A stretch of DNA of 55,726 nucleotides from a virus (Duplodnaviria > Caudoviricetes): IMG/VR virus record IMGVR_UViG_3300017938_000011, positions 1-55,726 of that record. The stretch is one strand, 5' to 3'. Positions within the stretch are counted from its first letter, which is position 1. The number at the start of each line of letters is the position of its first letter. Shown here piece after piece: positions 44,876 to 54,789 of this stretch. Below the pieces are notes generated by a model, which was not told the DNA's origin, did not search any database, and saw only the letters and a program-made list of their open reading frames with translations. The translations under genes were made by a program, and so were the position numbers.

Positions 44876-47800
44876 GACCGAGGAGCCTTTCCGATGTCGC
44901 TCGCGAATACCACGAAGGACGCGAAATCGCTGGCGACGCAAGTGTCTGGCGCCACCGGCGTGATGTTCGCTGGGTCGAGGTTGACGGCGACTTGATAGGC
45001 CGGATCGGGCGGAACCCACCCGATCAGGACTGTGAGCGGCACGCTCGATCCTAGGAACGGCGGGTTCTGCGGCTGCGGCGCGCTGACGGGGATGGGCAAC
45101 CGCAGCGGTTGATCGGGCTGGTATCCATATCCGAGCCAAGCGATCTCGATCTCCAGCGGCTCTTTTGCGCCAGCGAAGGGAAACGGACCGGATGGAACCG
45201 CCAAGATGCGCTGCTGGATCGGTTCCGGCGCGAGCCAATTCACCAAGACTTCGACGGGAACCTTGGCTCCGACCAGCGGCGGAATGGACACCAGCAGCCC
45301 TGGCGCGGTCGCCCGTCGCGTTTGGACGTCCGGGGCTGGAACGGCCCACCAGGAAAGAACGTCTTGTCCCACGCCCACGCCACGCGGAACGAAGGCCGTC
45401 CTGGGAACGATCTTCGCGGTGATGACTTGGTCCGGCGCGAGAGCCACCCACCAAGACAGGACATCCTGACCAATGGCGGTGCCGCGCGGCAGGAAGGCCG
45501 TTTGCGGGACCACCTTGGGGATGAAGACCTGGTCAGGCGGCGGTATCTGCCACCAAGCCAGGACCGGCAGCGGTACGCTCGACCCGATCGGCGTCTTTTG
45601 CGGCGCGCTCGGCGGCGTCCGTAGCTTCGCCGTCTGCGCCGCAGGCGGCTCAATGGATTGCCACCACACCATGACAGGCGCGGGAACTTGCGACCCGAAC
45701 GGTTGAACGTGAGCACTCGGCGGCGTCAGCGACGGTGCGGTCTGTGGTTGCGGTGATATTGGCGACCACAACGCTTGGATAATCTCCAACGGAGCGCGGG
45801 AACCGGGGAATGGCGGGTTCTGCGGCGTCGGGCCGTTGGGTGGCGTTAATGGTGGCGCTACGATTGGCTGCGGGTCAGGCGGCAGCCAGTTGAGTTGCAC
45901 TTCGTCGGGCAATCTTGCGCCAACCAGATGGGTTGTCGGCGCTGGCCCACTCGGCTCCGTCAGCGACGCACCCACGATTGGTGCCGGATCTGGCGGTAGC
46001 CATGTCAGTAGAACCGGCAACGGCACCTGAGCGCCGCCAGCAAACGGCGGGTTTTGCGGGATCGGCGGCGGGACAGTCTGTACTCTTGCCGGCAAAGGCA
46101 AAATCGGAGGCAACCACGCCAGCAGTTCCGCCTCGCGGAAGTTCGATCCGATCAGCGGCGGGTTCTGCGGCACCGACCGCGGCGGAGAAAGCAATCGCGC
46201 CGCTTGGAACGCGGGAGCGGGCGGCAGCCACGAGGCCAAGATCTCGGTCGAGACTTTCGTCCCGATGGGCGTCGGCGGCGGTGCCGAGCGCGGCGTCAAC
46301 CGTGCCCCGATTTGGAATGGCGGATCCGGCGCGATCCAGGCGTCGAGGACCGCTATCTGCGACGCTGGGGCGAGGACGTAGGCGGGCCCCCTGAGTACGG
46401 CGGACTCTGGCAATTCCACAAAAATCGGCGGTGCATACCAAGAGAGAACTTCTAACGACACCTTGGTGCCAGGGAACGGGATCGGCACTGCCGGTCCCGG
46501 CTGCGGAGGCGTCAATCGCGCGCCAGTTTGTGGCTGCGGGGCGTGAGGCAGCCAAGCAATCTGAATCTCCACCGGAACCTTGGTCCCGGGGAACGGCGGA
46601 TTTTGCACTGCGGGCCCGCTCGGCTCCGTCAGCGAAGCTCCGATTTGGAACATCGGATCGGGCGGCAACCAAGAAATCAAAACTTCGACCGGCACCTTCG
46701 CTCCGACTGGCGGCGGCGGTTGTCCCGCTGGCCCGCTCGGTGGAAGACGCGGCTGGGTTCTGATTGGTTGAGGCGGCGGCGGAATCCAGCCGACGAGAAC
46801 CTCGATCGGAACCTTGGTCCCGATAACGGGCGGGTTCTGCGGAATATTGCTGCTGAGGACGCCGGAAGGCGCCAAATCAATGATGGCTGGCGGCTTCGCC
46901 CATGAGATCAAGATCGGCAACGGGACGCCGATCGACATAACGGCTGGCGGGTTTTGCGGGGCACTTACCGGCGGAGAAAGATTCCGAACCGTCTGGAAGG
47001 CCGGGTCTGGCGGTAGCCACGTTTCCAGGACCGCGCCGAATTGCTGCGATGTTGCCCCCGGGAAGGGCGGGTTCTGCGGCGTGGGTCCGCTCGGCGGTAT
47101 GAGATTGCGCGCGACTTGGAACGCAAAATCGACGCTGGCCGGCGGCGTCTGCCACGAGAAGTTTTCGACCAGCGGCCTCGTGAACGGCGTCACCGGGGCT
47201 TCGATGGGAGGCGATAGCAGCCGAGTAGTTTGGAAAACCGGGTCGGTCGGAAGCCATGAAATCAGGACCGGCAACGGCACGGCGGTCCCGATCGACTGGA
47301 ACGTGGACAACGTCAGATTGGGGCCGGTTTGGAACTGAGGATCGGGCGGAATCCAGTTGATCTGGACCTCAAGCGGAACCCGCGACCCGACCGGAGTAGG
47401 CTGCGGCGCCGACCGCGGGGGCACCAACAAGCGAACGGTTTGGAACGGCGGGTCTGGCGGCAGCCAGGCGTTCTGCACCACGACTTGTTGCGATACGAGA
47501 GGCAGCACGAAGCCCGGAGCCGCCGCCGACGGCGGCAACCCGTTGATCGGGATCGAGACGACCGTGGTCGCCGACCAAGAGTTCAATACCGACTGCGGTA
47601 CTTTGGTCCCGGGAAACGGCGGGTTCTGAGCAAGAGGCGCAGAGATCGGAGGATTGAGAAGCCGCGCTGTTTGGAAGGCCGGATCGGGCGGAATCCAGGC
47701 GACTAAGACGGGCAGCGGCACGCTGCTTCCGATTACGGGCGGATTTTGCGGGGCCGAGATCGGCGGCGTCAGCAGTTCTTGGCAGTACGGCTGCTGGTTG

Positions 47801-48093
47801 CCTTCGTAGATCGGCGGCGGGGGTGGCAGCCAAGCATTGAGGATTTCGACCGGGACGCGGCCGCCAATCACAGGAGGATTCTGCGGCTGCGAGAGCGGCG
47901 GGTTGAGATTGGTCGCGACGATGGGCTGCGGCGGCGCAGGCGTCCACGCGCCAAGCACGACCGCCAACGCCATCGCGGCGGCGCCCATGAATGGCGGGTT
48001 TTGAGGTTGGGATTGCGGCGGAACCAGCAGCTTCTCTTGAAGCGGCTGCTGGTTGCCGACATTGTAAAGGGGCGGGTGGTAGAAGATGCCCAT
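44872..48093 (-). CDS. Proline-rich repeat protein (~27 repeats of ~38 aa)
   Basis: Recurrent PQNPP-x-G-xx-VP-xx-VL-xx-W-LPPDP. Confidence 0.8.
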   Translation of the reverse strand: MGIFYHPPLYNVGNQQPLQEKLLVPPQSQPQNPPFMGAAAMALAVVLGAWTPAPPQPIVATNLNPPLSQPQNPPVIGGRVPVEILNAWLPPPPPIYEGNQQPYCQELLTPPISAPQNPPVIGSSVPLPVLVAWIPPDPAFQTARLLNPPISAPLAQNPPFPGTKVPQSVLNSWSATTVVSIPINGLPPSAAAPGFVLPLVSQQVVVQNAWLPPDPPFQTVRLLVPPRSAPQPTPVGSRVPLEVQINWIPPDPQFQTGPNLTLSTFQSIGTAVPLPVLISWLPTDPVFQTTRLLSPPIEAPVTPFTRPLVENFSWQTPPASVDFAFQVARNLIPPSGPTPQNPPFPGATSQQFGAVLETWLPPDPAFQTVRNLSPPVSAPQNPPAVMSIGVPLPILISWAKPPAIIDLAPSGVLSSNIPQNPPVIGTKVPIEVLVGWIPPPPQPIRTQPRLPPSGPAGQPPPPVGAKVPVEVLISWLPPDPMFQIGASLTEPSGPAVQNPPFPGTKVPVEIQIAWLPHAPQPQTGARLTPPQPGPAVPIPFPGTKVSLEVLSWYAPPIFVELPESAVLRGPAYVLAPASQIAVLDAWIAPDPPFQIGARLTPRSAPPPTPIGTKVSTEILASWLPPAPAFQAARLLSPPRSVPQNPPLIGSNFREAELLAWLPPILPLPARVQTVPPPIPQNPPFAGGAQVPLPVLLTWLPPDPAPIVGASLTEPSGPAPTTHLVGARLPDEVQLNWLPPDPQPIVAPPLTPPNGPTPQNPPFPGSRAPLEIIQALWSPISPQPQTAPSLTPPSAHVQPFGSQVPAPVMVWWQSIEPPAAQTAKLRTPPSAPQKTPIGSSVPLPVLAWWQIPPPDQVFIPKVVPQTAFLPRGTAIGQDVLSWWVALAPDQVITAKIVPRTAFVPRGVGVGQDVLSWWAVPAPDVQTRRATAPGLLVSIPPLVGAKVPVEVLVNWLAPEPIQQRILAVPSGPFPFAGAKEPLEIEIAWLGYGYQPDQPLRLPIPVSAPQPQNPPFLGSSVPLTVLIGWVPPDPAYQVAVNLDPANITPVAPDTCVASDFASFVVFASDIGKAPRS

Positions 48094-48136
48094 GCCGCCC
48101 CTCTAAGCGCGGCTTACGAAAGCCTCGTCAGTTGGC

Positions 48137-48634
48137 TTAGACGCCCTCGGCGTAATTGATCCCAACTGCCCAGTTCGACAGCGAAGCCGCCGCCGCTGGC
48201 AGGAAGAGGCCGAAACCGGAGCCGAACGCCGGCGGCAGGTCGATCTGCTCGCGCGGGGTCGCGACCCAGAGATAGCCGTTGAGAACGTTGAAGTTGTCGC
48301 CGAACATAATGGTCTTGGAGCCGGCGTTCTCGGCCGAGGCGTTGATGCCGCAGGTGCCAACCGCGCCGGTCGTCGCGCCGGAGACGATCGAGGCCGTGGT
48401 GTCGCCGAGCTTCAAGTGCTTTGGCGTGGCGCTGACCAACGTCGGGAAGGCCGAAGCCTGGGTCTCCGCCTCGATGCGTTGCTGCGCGGAAGTCGCGGAG
48501 CCCTGCTGCGACGCCCACATGCGGAGGACCAGGATGTCGACCGACGGCGCCGCGGGCGGATTGATGTAATCGAGCGTGATGGCTGAGTTCGCGAGCGTGA
48601 GGCCGTCGCCGCCAACCGTAAATTCACGAGACAT
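48137..48634 (-). CDS. Hypothetical beta-rich virion protein
   Basis: GGAG RBS; FNVLNGYLWVATP. Confidence 0.7.
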   Translation of the reverse strand: MSREFTVGGDGLTLANSAITLDYINPPAAPSVDILVLRMWASQQGSATSAQQRIEAETQASAFPTLVSATPKHLKLGDTTASIVSGATTGAVGTCGINASAENAGSKTIMFGDNFNVLNGYLWVATPREQIDLPPAFGSGFGLFLPAAAASLSNWAVGINYAEGV

Positions 48635-49943
48635 GGTGCATGGTCTCCGCTGATGTTGTCTTAGCCGATTGCGACCTGCCCTGTTGCACCAAGTCGCTGA
48701 GTCTTGCTCTTAGCACGGCGACCACGGATTTCCAATCCCCGTCGTGAGGTTGCCGAAAGCACGTCGCCGACGGATACCAGGGATTGTCAGTGCGGCCGCG
48801 AATCCAGAGCCAATATGTTCGATACGATGTCAGCATCACCCATGTTTTGACGCCGACCGTGCCGGCCAAATGAGCGACCGACGTGTCGACCGTGATCACG
48901 AGATCAAGGCCGGCGATGACGCAGGCGGTGTCGAGGAAATTCTTCACCTTCGAGCCGACGTCGAAGATGTCCATTTCGTCGAACGCGGCCTTGTCGGTGT
49001 CCCTGATGTCGAGTTGCAGGCTGTAGAACTCGACGCCGGGAATCTCGAACAGCGGCGCGAGTTCACGCAGCGGGATGTTGCGGACGCGGTCGTACTGGCT
49101 CTCGCGCGATCCGGACCAGCACAGGCCAACGCGCAAACGCGGCTCGCCCATCAACATCCCGGATTTCCACTTCGCCTTGAGTTGGAGCGGCAGTTGATAC
49201 GGAGCTGGTGGCGGGCAGGTATCGACATCGGTGCCGAAGCAATGGGCCAAGCTCATCATACGAACCCAGTAATCGTGCTTCGGCGTCTCATCCTTGATCT
49301 GGAGCATCAACCCCGGCAGCGTGGCGGCGAGTGGCTGCATGACCGAGGGGACGGCAGCGATCACTTTAGCTCCGCACTTCCGCAGCATCGGCACGTAGCG
49401 CAGGAACATGATGTTGTCGCCGTGACCCATCTCGCCGACGATGAGGATGGTCTTGCCGTCGAGCGGCTGCTTGCCGGTCCACTCTGGCGTCGAGCGCGGT
49501 GGCAGTTTCATTTTCTTGCGATACTCAAAATCCACGAAGCCGTCGCGCAAATTGCCGAGCACGAGATTGCAGAAGCCGCGCCCGAAGCGCGCCGCGTGCT
49601 CATAAGGCTTTTCCACATCAGGATTGTCGATCAGCATGTCGTAGTTGGTGATCGCGTCCTCGTGGCGCTGCACCTGCATGAGCAGGTGGCCAAGGTTGAG
49701 CCGCGCGACGTGGTAGAGTGGGTCATTGCGGAGAATGGCGTAGAGGATTGACAGCGCCTCGTCAGCACGTCCTAGTTCTCCAAGCGCAACGGCCCGATTG
49801 CATAGCGCGGCGCGCATATCCTCCTGCATCTGGGCAATGGCTTGGTCGAGCCACGGCAATGCCTCCTCAAAATATCTTTTCTGAACTAATTCGAGGCCAA
49901 TCATAAGCCTGCCGTGAGCGTTTAAATCCGGCATAGAGTTCAT
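48624..49943 (-). CDS. TPR-containing glycosyltransferase (GT9-like)
   Basis: TPR helices; EMGHGDNIMFLRY, VGLCWSG, LDLVITVDTSVAHLAG. Confidence 0.88.
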   Translation of the reverse strand: MNSMPDLNAHGRLMIGLELVQKRYFEEALPWLDQAIAQMQEDMRAALCNRAVALGELGRADEALSILYAILRNDPLYHVARLNLGHLLMQVQRHEDAITNYDMLIDNPDVEKPYEHAARFGRGFCNLVLGNLRDGFVDFEYRKKMKLPPRSTPEWTGKQPLDGKTILIVGEMGHGDNIMFLRYVPMLRKCGAKVIAAVPSVMQPLAATLPGLMLQIKDETPKHDYWVRMMSLAHCFGTDVDTCPPPAPYQLPLQLKAKWKSGMLMGEPRLRVGLCWSGSRESQYDRVRNIPLRELAPLFEIPGVEFYSLQLDIRDTDKAAFDEMDIFDVGSKVKNFLDTACVIAGLDLVITVDTSVAHLAGTVGVKTWVMLTSYRTYWLWIRGRTDNPWYPSATCFRQPHDGDWKSVVAVLRARLSDLVQQGRSQSAKTTSAETMHHVS

Positions 49944-50134
49944 CGGCTTCCTACTCCTGGAAAATGCAGCACCATCATTTTGCCTGGGTTCTGCGGGGGC
50001 GACGATGGAGGCGGCGCTGTCGATACCGTTTCGTTGACGTAGACCGGACCTGCTGCGATGGCCTGCCGCGTCCCGGTCTCGTTGATGTAGAGCGGGAAGG
50101 GGAATCCGGCGACGATAGCTTGTCTGCCTGCCAT
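49940..50134 (-). CDS. Small hypothetical protein
   Basis: Duplicated RQAI...Y(I/V)NET; PPQNP tail. Confidence 0.6.
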   Translation of the reverse strand: MAGRQAIVAGFPFPLYINETGTRQAIAAGPVYVNETVSTAPPPSSPPQNPGKMMVLHFPGVGSR

Positions 50135-50141
50135 GTCAGCC

Positions 50142-52061
50142 TCAACTGAAATTCATCAGAGGGTCTACAAAAAACGTCGTGCTTGCCTCGGCAGCCTTCA
50201 CCGTGCCGTAGATGTAGCCAACCATCTGCGCCGTCAGCGTCACCACCATCGAGAACCGACACCCGGCGCGGAACGTGGCACCGCCGTCAGTGACGGAGCC
50301 TCCGTCCACGGCACTCGCGTATCCGGCAGGCTCGCTGCTGGCGCTGGTCCCCGCCGACGTGCAGAAGAACACGCGGCCCGCGTTGTCCGGCACGCTAATC
50401 GTGTTGCCGAGCGAATAAGACGTGCTGTTGGCTCGCGCCGTCGCGTTCCATTGCGACGTTGAGTCGGCGGTGAGCGCGGTGCCGGTAGCGAGATTGTTGG
50501 CTTTGGTATCATTGGCGAAGCTGGCCATCGGCGAACTCGCCGAGCCGAAGTATTCGCACTCCAGCCATATCTGATCGTTGTTAGGAACTGCGGCGGCGTT
50601 GACGAGACCGTAAACCGTGACATTGCGGGACGATCCGGTAAGTGTGTTCCACTCTGGAATCTGGAAAGCATTGAATGGATTGATCCACTTGCTGTTCGCT
50701 GTCGTGACGATGTTCCAGCTAATCGGCGTCGTGCCGTCCGATGCGCCGCCACTGCGGTAAACCGATGTCGATTGCGTCAAAACACCGGAGTAGTGGTATC
50801 GTGCCTGCCGGTAATTTGTCGCCGCGCTATCGCTAGTGATGAAATCTACGTTACATCCTGGGTAAGTTTGCGCGATGCAAGGCGTCACGCCAGACCCCAA
50901 CAGACAATCCCTGAATATCACGCCACCGTTGAGCGAAGTCGAATCAACAAGTGTCTTACCGGAGCCCAAGGCCGAAAGGTCAACGCCGTCTATCAATGCC
51001 AATCCGAGGACAATACCTTGGAATAGATTCGTCGGCAAAGTCGCGCCTTGGATTGCACTCGGCGTATTCTTCCAGATAAAATTAGAGGTATTAATCGATA
51101 CCCCATCGGCGGTGGTTCCGATTTGCAGCGTCGTGTTAACGAGTTCGACGTAGATGTTATACACTGTTGTAATAGAACCTGAGTTAGAAGATGTGCCCAA
51201 TTTTGCAATCGTGCAATTTTCTATCTTTTGCCAGTTCGCTCCAAAAGTAAAAGTAGCATAAGAGCTTGAACCGCTGCCCGCGTTGAACGTGAGGCCATTG
51301 CAATAAACGGCGGTGCCAGCAAGACTAAGGTTACTAATCAGAGTCGTAGAAATTGATGCGCCAGTGATTATGTCGCCGGTGCCAGGCGGAACGCTGCCTG
51401 GGGATTGTGCCACGCAGTAGCAATATGCCGGAGCGGCAAAAGTGCCAGGTGAAGTCAGCGTGTTTGCTGATGCTTGCGTCTCGGCATGAATGGCGCTGAT
51501 GAAGAAAGAGTTCCCGGCCTGTCCCCAAGTTGAAGCGAAGGCGTTACCTAGCCGCGCGTGCGGCGCGCTCCAGATTGAAAAGCCACTTGCCAGCCCGAGC
51601 GAAGTCCAGGTCGCGCTGGCGTCCGACGCGGTGACGCCAGCCGTCGCCGAGAACGTTGGAGAACCGGAGGTCTTGCCTGCTCCGCCGACCGTGCAAATCT
51701 GGATCGAGGTCGTGCCAGGATCGTAGATGTGCTGACCAAGCACCCAAGTCTTGCTCAGTGACCACTGCGGCGTGTTGGTGATGTCGCCGTTGAGGCCGCT
51801 GAGTCCGGTACATTCCTGGAAGACCGCCGTACCGCTGGTGTTCAGCGCGCCGCGCGTCACCGTCCATGTCGGTTCCGTCGTGGTCGAGCCCGCCGTTGTA
51901 ACGATGAAGCAGCGTTCGCTGCCAACCGCTGGCGTCGTGAGCTGCCGATAAAGCGCGCCAGCCGCAACAACGGTCAAGCCAGGGAATGTCGGGATGGCGT
52001 AATAGCCTGTCGAGGAGCCGTTGCCGAAGTTGACATACCAAGCATTATCGACGAGGGCCAT
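50142..52061 (-). CDS. Large beta-rich protein with three CBM5/12-like repeats
   Basis: Repeats such as TTAG...EPTW and CTSAGTS...EP...VTDG. Confidence 0.7.
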   Translation of the reverse strand: MALVDNAWYVNFGNGSSTGYYAIPTFPGLTVVAAGALYRQLTTPAVGSERCFIVTTAGSTTTEPTWTVTRGALNTSGTAVFQECTGLSGLNGDITNTPQWSLSKTWVLGQHIYDPGTTSIQICTVGGAGKTSGSPTFSATAGVTASDASATWTSLGLASGFSIWSAPHARLGNAFASTWGQAGNSFFISAIHAETQASANTLTSPGTFAAPAYCYCVAQSPGSVPPGTGDIITGASISTTLISNLSLAGTAVYCNGLTFNAGSGSSSYATFTFGANWQKIENCTIAKLGTSSNSGSITTVYNIYVELVNTTLQIGTTADGVSINTSNFIWKNTPSAIQGATLPTNLFQGIVLGLALIDGVDLSALGSGKTLVDSTSLNGGVIFRDCLLGSGVTPCIAQTYPGCNVDFITSDSAATNYRQARYHYSGVLTQSTSVYRSGGASDGTTPISWNIVTTANSKWINPFNAFQIPEWNTLTGSSRNVTVYGLVNAAAVPNNDQIWLECEYFGSASSPMASFANDTKANNLATGTALTADSTSQWNATARANSTSYSLGNTISVPDNAGRVFFCTSAGTSASSEPAGYASAVDGGSVTDGGATFRAGCRFSMVVTLTAQMVGYIYGTVKAAEASTTFFVDPLMNFS

Positions 52062-52372
52062 CAGACGAAGCCTCTCCTAGACCGGCTGAATGACTTCCAG
52101 CCGTAATGCCCGAAAATCTTCACCACGCCGCGCTGGTACACGATCTTGCGCGCGACCTCCCCGGTATCAACATCGTTCCGCATCACCGTCCACTCGAACT
52201 CGCCGCTGTGGACCTCGTACTGCGTCCCGATGGTCCAGGCCGCACCGTCGGAATCGGTGATGATGAAGGCTGGCGGTATCTCGACATAACTCTCCGTCTT
52301 GTTCGCGCGCTCGTAGCGGGCACCGTTGATGATGCCGACGAGCATGTCTTTGTCAAAAAGAAAATCCGTCAT
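52061..52372 (-). CDS. Hypothetical protein
   Basis: Tiled with its neighbours. Confidence 0.65.
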   Translation of the reverse strand: MTDFLFDKDMLVGIINGARYERANKTESYVEIPPAFIITDSDGAAWTIGTQYEVHSGEFEWTVMRNDVDTGEVARKIVYQRGVVKIFGHYGWKSFSRSRRGFV

Positions 52373-52373
52373 G

Positions 52374-53300
52374 TCATGCTGCTTTCTTCGGCAGGATCAG
52401 GCCACGATTCGGCACTAGCAAGCCAGACTTTCTATGCCGCTGGTAGCGTGGCGGTAACCAACCCACAGATTTCCGCCGCTGCGCCAGGATAGGCCCTTGC
52501 TGCGGCCAAGGATTATAAGGATTGAGGCCGGTAGCGCCGCCGGTCTGCGATAGTGCGTCCACCATGATGCCCCAGCCGCCCGCCGTCGCGGCAGAGGCGA
52601 ATGCGGCAGAGGCGGAGGAAATAGTGGCGGCCAGAACCCGATATTCTACTTGGAGACCAGCCGCATTGCTTCCAGAGTTTTCAAGCGCGACATCCGGCGT
52701 GACCGAAGTTCCTGTTGTACCAGCGAGTGGTCCAGGCTGGACACTTTCAAAAAATGGGACAGTAGCGCCGTTGTCCGAGCTACCGCCGAACGCAAAGGTT
52801 AACGTCGCGGCATTCGCGGTTGAGACGTTAGCCCCGGACGTCAACTGTGTCCGCGTAGCGCCGTTGTTGGTGACCGCAAACCCGAGTGCCGTCGTTGCCG
52901 ACTGATCCCACGGATTTGTCCGATAGGATGTTCCCGTGAACCCGGTGACCGAGAAGCTCATGAACGCGCCGTTGTCCAAGGCACCGCCAGCGGTGGTGAT
53001 CGAAATAGAACTCGAGACTGTTAATGCCGTGGCAATGTAGGTCCACCAGATCTCCAAATCGGTCAATCCGCTGCCAAACGCCGAATTAGACGTGTACTGA
53101 ATGCCGTTGCGTTTTTGATAGATGTTGCTGGTTCCGTCAGATGGCGGAGTAGAAGTCGATATCGTTGGGTACGATGCGCTGACACTGTCCATGACGGAAC
53201 AAATGATGACGACGTCACCCACGCTCGCGAGCATCCCAGTTTCCGCGATGGGCGAGGTCGTCGAGATTCCCGAGGCATAGTCTCGTATGCTTAGAGCCAT
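52374..53300 (-). CDS. Beta-sandwich virion-type protein
   Basis: S/T/A-rich; Pro/basic C-terminal tail. Confidence 0.7.
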   Translation of the reverse strand: MALSIRDYASGISTTSPIAETGMLASVGDVVIICSVMDSVSASYPTISTSTPPSDGTSNIYQKRNGIQYTSNSAFGSGLTDLEIWWTYIATALTVSSSISITTAGGALDNGAFMSFSVTGFTGTSYRTNPWDQSATTALGFAVTNNGATRTQLTSGANVSTANAATLTFAFGGSSDNGATVPFFESVQPGPLAGTTGTSVTPDVALENSGSNAAGLQVEYRVLAATISSASAAFASAATAGGWGIMVDALSQTGGATGLNPYNPWPQQGPILAQRRKSVGWLPPRYQRHRKSGLLVPNRGLILPKKAA

Positions 53301-53301
53301 C

Positions 53302-54780
53302 TCATCCGCCTAAGTTGGCGCCAGTCTTCAGGTTCGTGTTGCCGGAATAAGTGATTGTTGGATTGTAAGTCCCTTCGCCTTCGTTAGCCACAGAGAACAC
53401 TCCGTAGTCCGTTCCGGTCGGATCGACAAAATTATTCTCATAGGTCATCGAGGTCTTAATGTTGCTCGTATCGACGTACCAATCATAGCTGACGGTATTC
53501 GTCCCGAGCGTCACCATTGTATTATTATTCGTAACGACAACGGTTGCGCTGCCGCTGTTGCCAGCCGCACTGACGATGCTTAAACCTTGTGTCGCGGCTC
53601 CGGCATAAGTTCCCGTCAAGCCCGGTTGGCGCCAAAGATTGAAGTTCGTGGTGATAGTCTGAATGTTGCTGGCGGAAATGTTGAAAACCTGCAACCAGTC
53701 ACCATGAGAACCGTCGATTGGAAAACCAGCTCCAGCGACTTCAACTAGATTGTATTGAATTGTCAGCGTCACTCCGGTTTGTGCCGGAGTATCCTGACCA
53801 TAGACAACATCTTCGTTCCAGAAATTCTTGATCCAATTATATTGGATTAGATTAGTGCCATACCCATTGCCCTCAATCCCTCCGGCATTATTGTTGGTGT
53901 AACCCTGCAACGCACCCCCGTCCACGATGTTGTACGCGACCGTTACGTTGGATGCCACAAGACTCGCGGAACCTACTGTTTCAATTCCCGGTACAGTAAT
54001 CTGGCCAGACCCATAAGTCGTGCCGCCGCCGCCTTCATGCCAATAGTTATCGCGGATAGTGAACCCGGAACAATTAGCCACGATGATGCCAATGCCAGTA
54101 TGCAGCGAGAAGTCATAGCCCCACAACACGGCATTATTGGCCGATGATCCTGAGAACTGAATAGCTTGACCATTGCCGCTATAAGAGCCGGGGTAAGTGC
54201 CGCCAATCGCTGTCAGTATAGAGACGAGCGTTCCGACCGTGTTGCTTGTGTAGCTAGAGAACGGATCGCGCAGGAAATAAAAGTTGTTCCCCGACATACC
54301 AGAAGTCGAGGCGTTGATCGCCGATCCGCCGCTAGTTGTCGAGACTTGGAATTGCGTTTCCGTCAATCCAGTCGAAATGACATAGTACGGTACGCCCTGC
54401 GTCAGCGCGCTAGGCAAAACGTTCGTGCTGGTCAGTGGTAGACCGCTGGTGGGAGAAATGTTGTCCTGTTGTGCATAGAAGGTGATGATCTGGCCAGCGG
54501 AAAGACCATGCGTCGACGGTAACCCGGGCGGTGCGACATAGGTAAACAAGATCGTCGAACCAAAGTTTGACATCGTCAAGTTGGCATTGATGCCGACGGC
54601 GTAATCCCAACCGCTTACCTTCCATGCCGGTGGATGAGCATAGTTGGCCCGCTCGTTCGGCCACTGCGCCGAGCCAATCGCAGCGTTCGGCGAGCCATCC
54701 ACTCCCGCATATGGATCGGTGGACGAACCGGACGATGGCGGCGACAATTTCGGCTTTGTCTGAATGAGAACGTAATCCAT
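53302..54780 (-). CDS. Beta-helix protein
   Basis: IQYNWIK/IQYNLVE Asn-ladder repeats; GAGG RBS. Confidence 0.7.
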   Translation of the reverse strand: MDYVLIQTKPKLSPPSSGSSTDPYAGVDGSPNAAIGSAQWPNERANYAHPPAWKVSGWDYAVGINANLTMSNFGSTILFTYVAPPGLPSTHGLSAGQIITFYAQQDNISPTSGLPLTSTNVLPSALTQGVPYYVISTGLTETQFQVSTTSGGSAINASTSGMSGNNFYFLRDPFSSYTSNTVGTLVSILTAIGGTYPGSYSGNGQAIQFSGSSANNAVLWGYDFSLHTGIGIIVANCSGFTIRDNYWHEGGGGTTYGSGQITVPGIETVGSASLVASNVTVAYNIVDGGALQGYTNNNAGGIEGNGYGTNLIQYNWIKNFWNEDVVYGQDTPAQTGVTLTIQYNLVEVAGAGFPIDGSHGDWLQVFNISASNIQTITTNFNLWRQPGLTGTYAGAATQGLSIVSAAGNSGSATVVVTNNNTMVTLGTNTVSYDWYVDTSNIKTSMTYENNFVDPTGTDYGVFSVANEGEGTYNPTITYSGNTNLKTGANLGG

Positions 54781-54789
54781 CGTCGCCCT

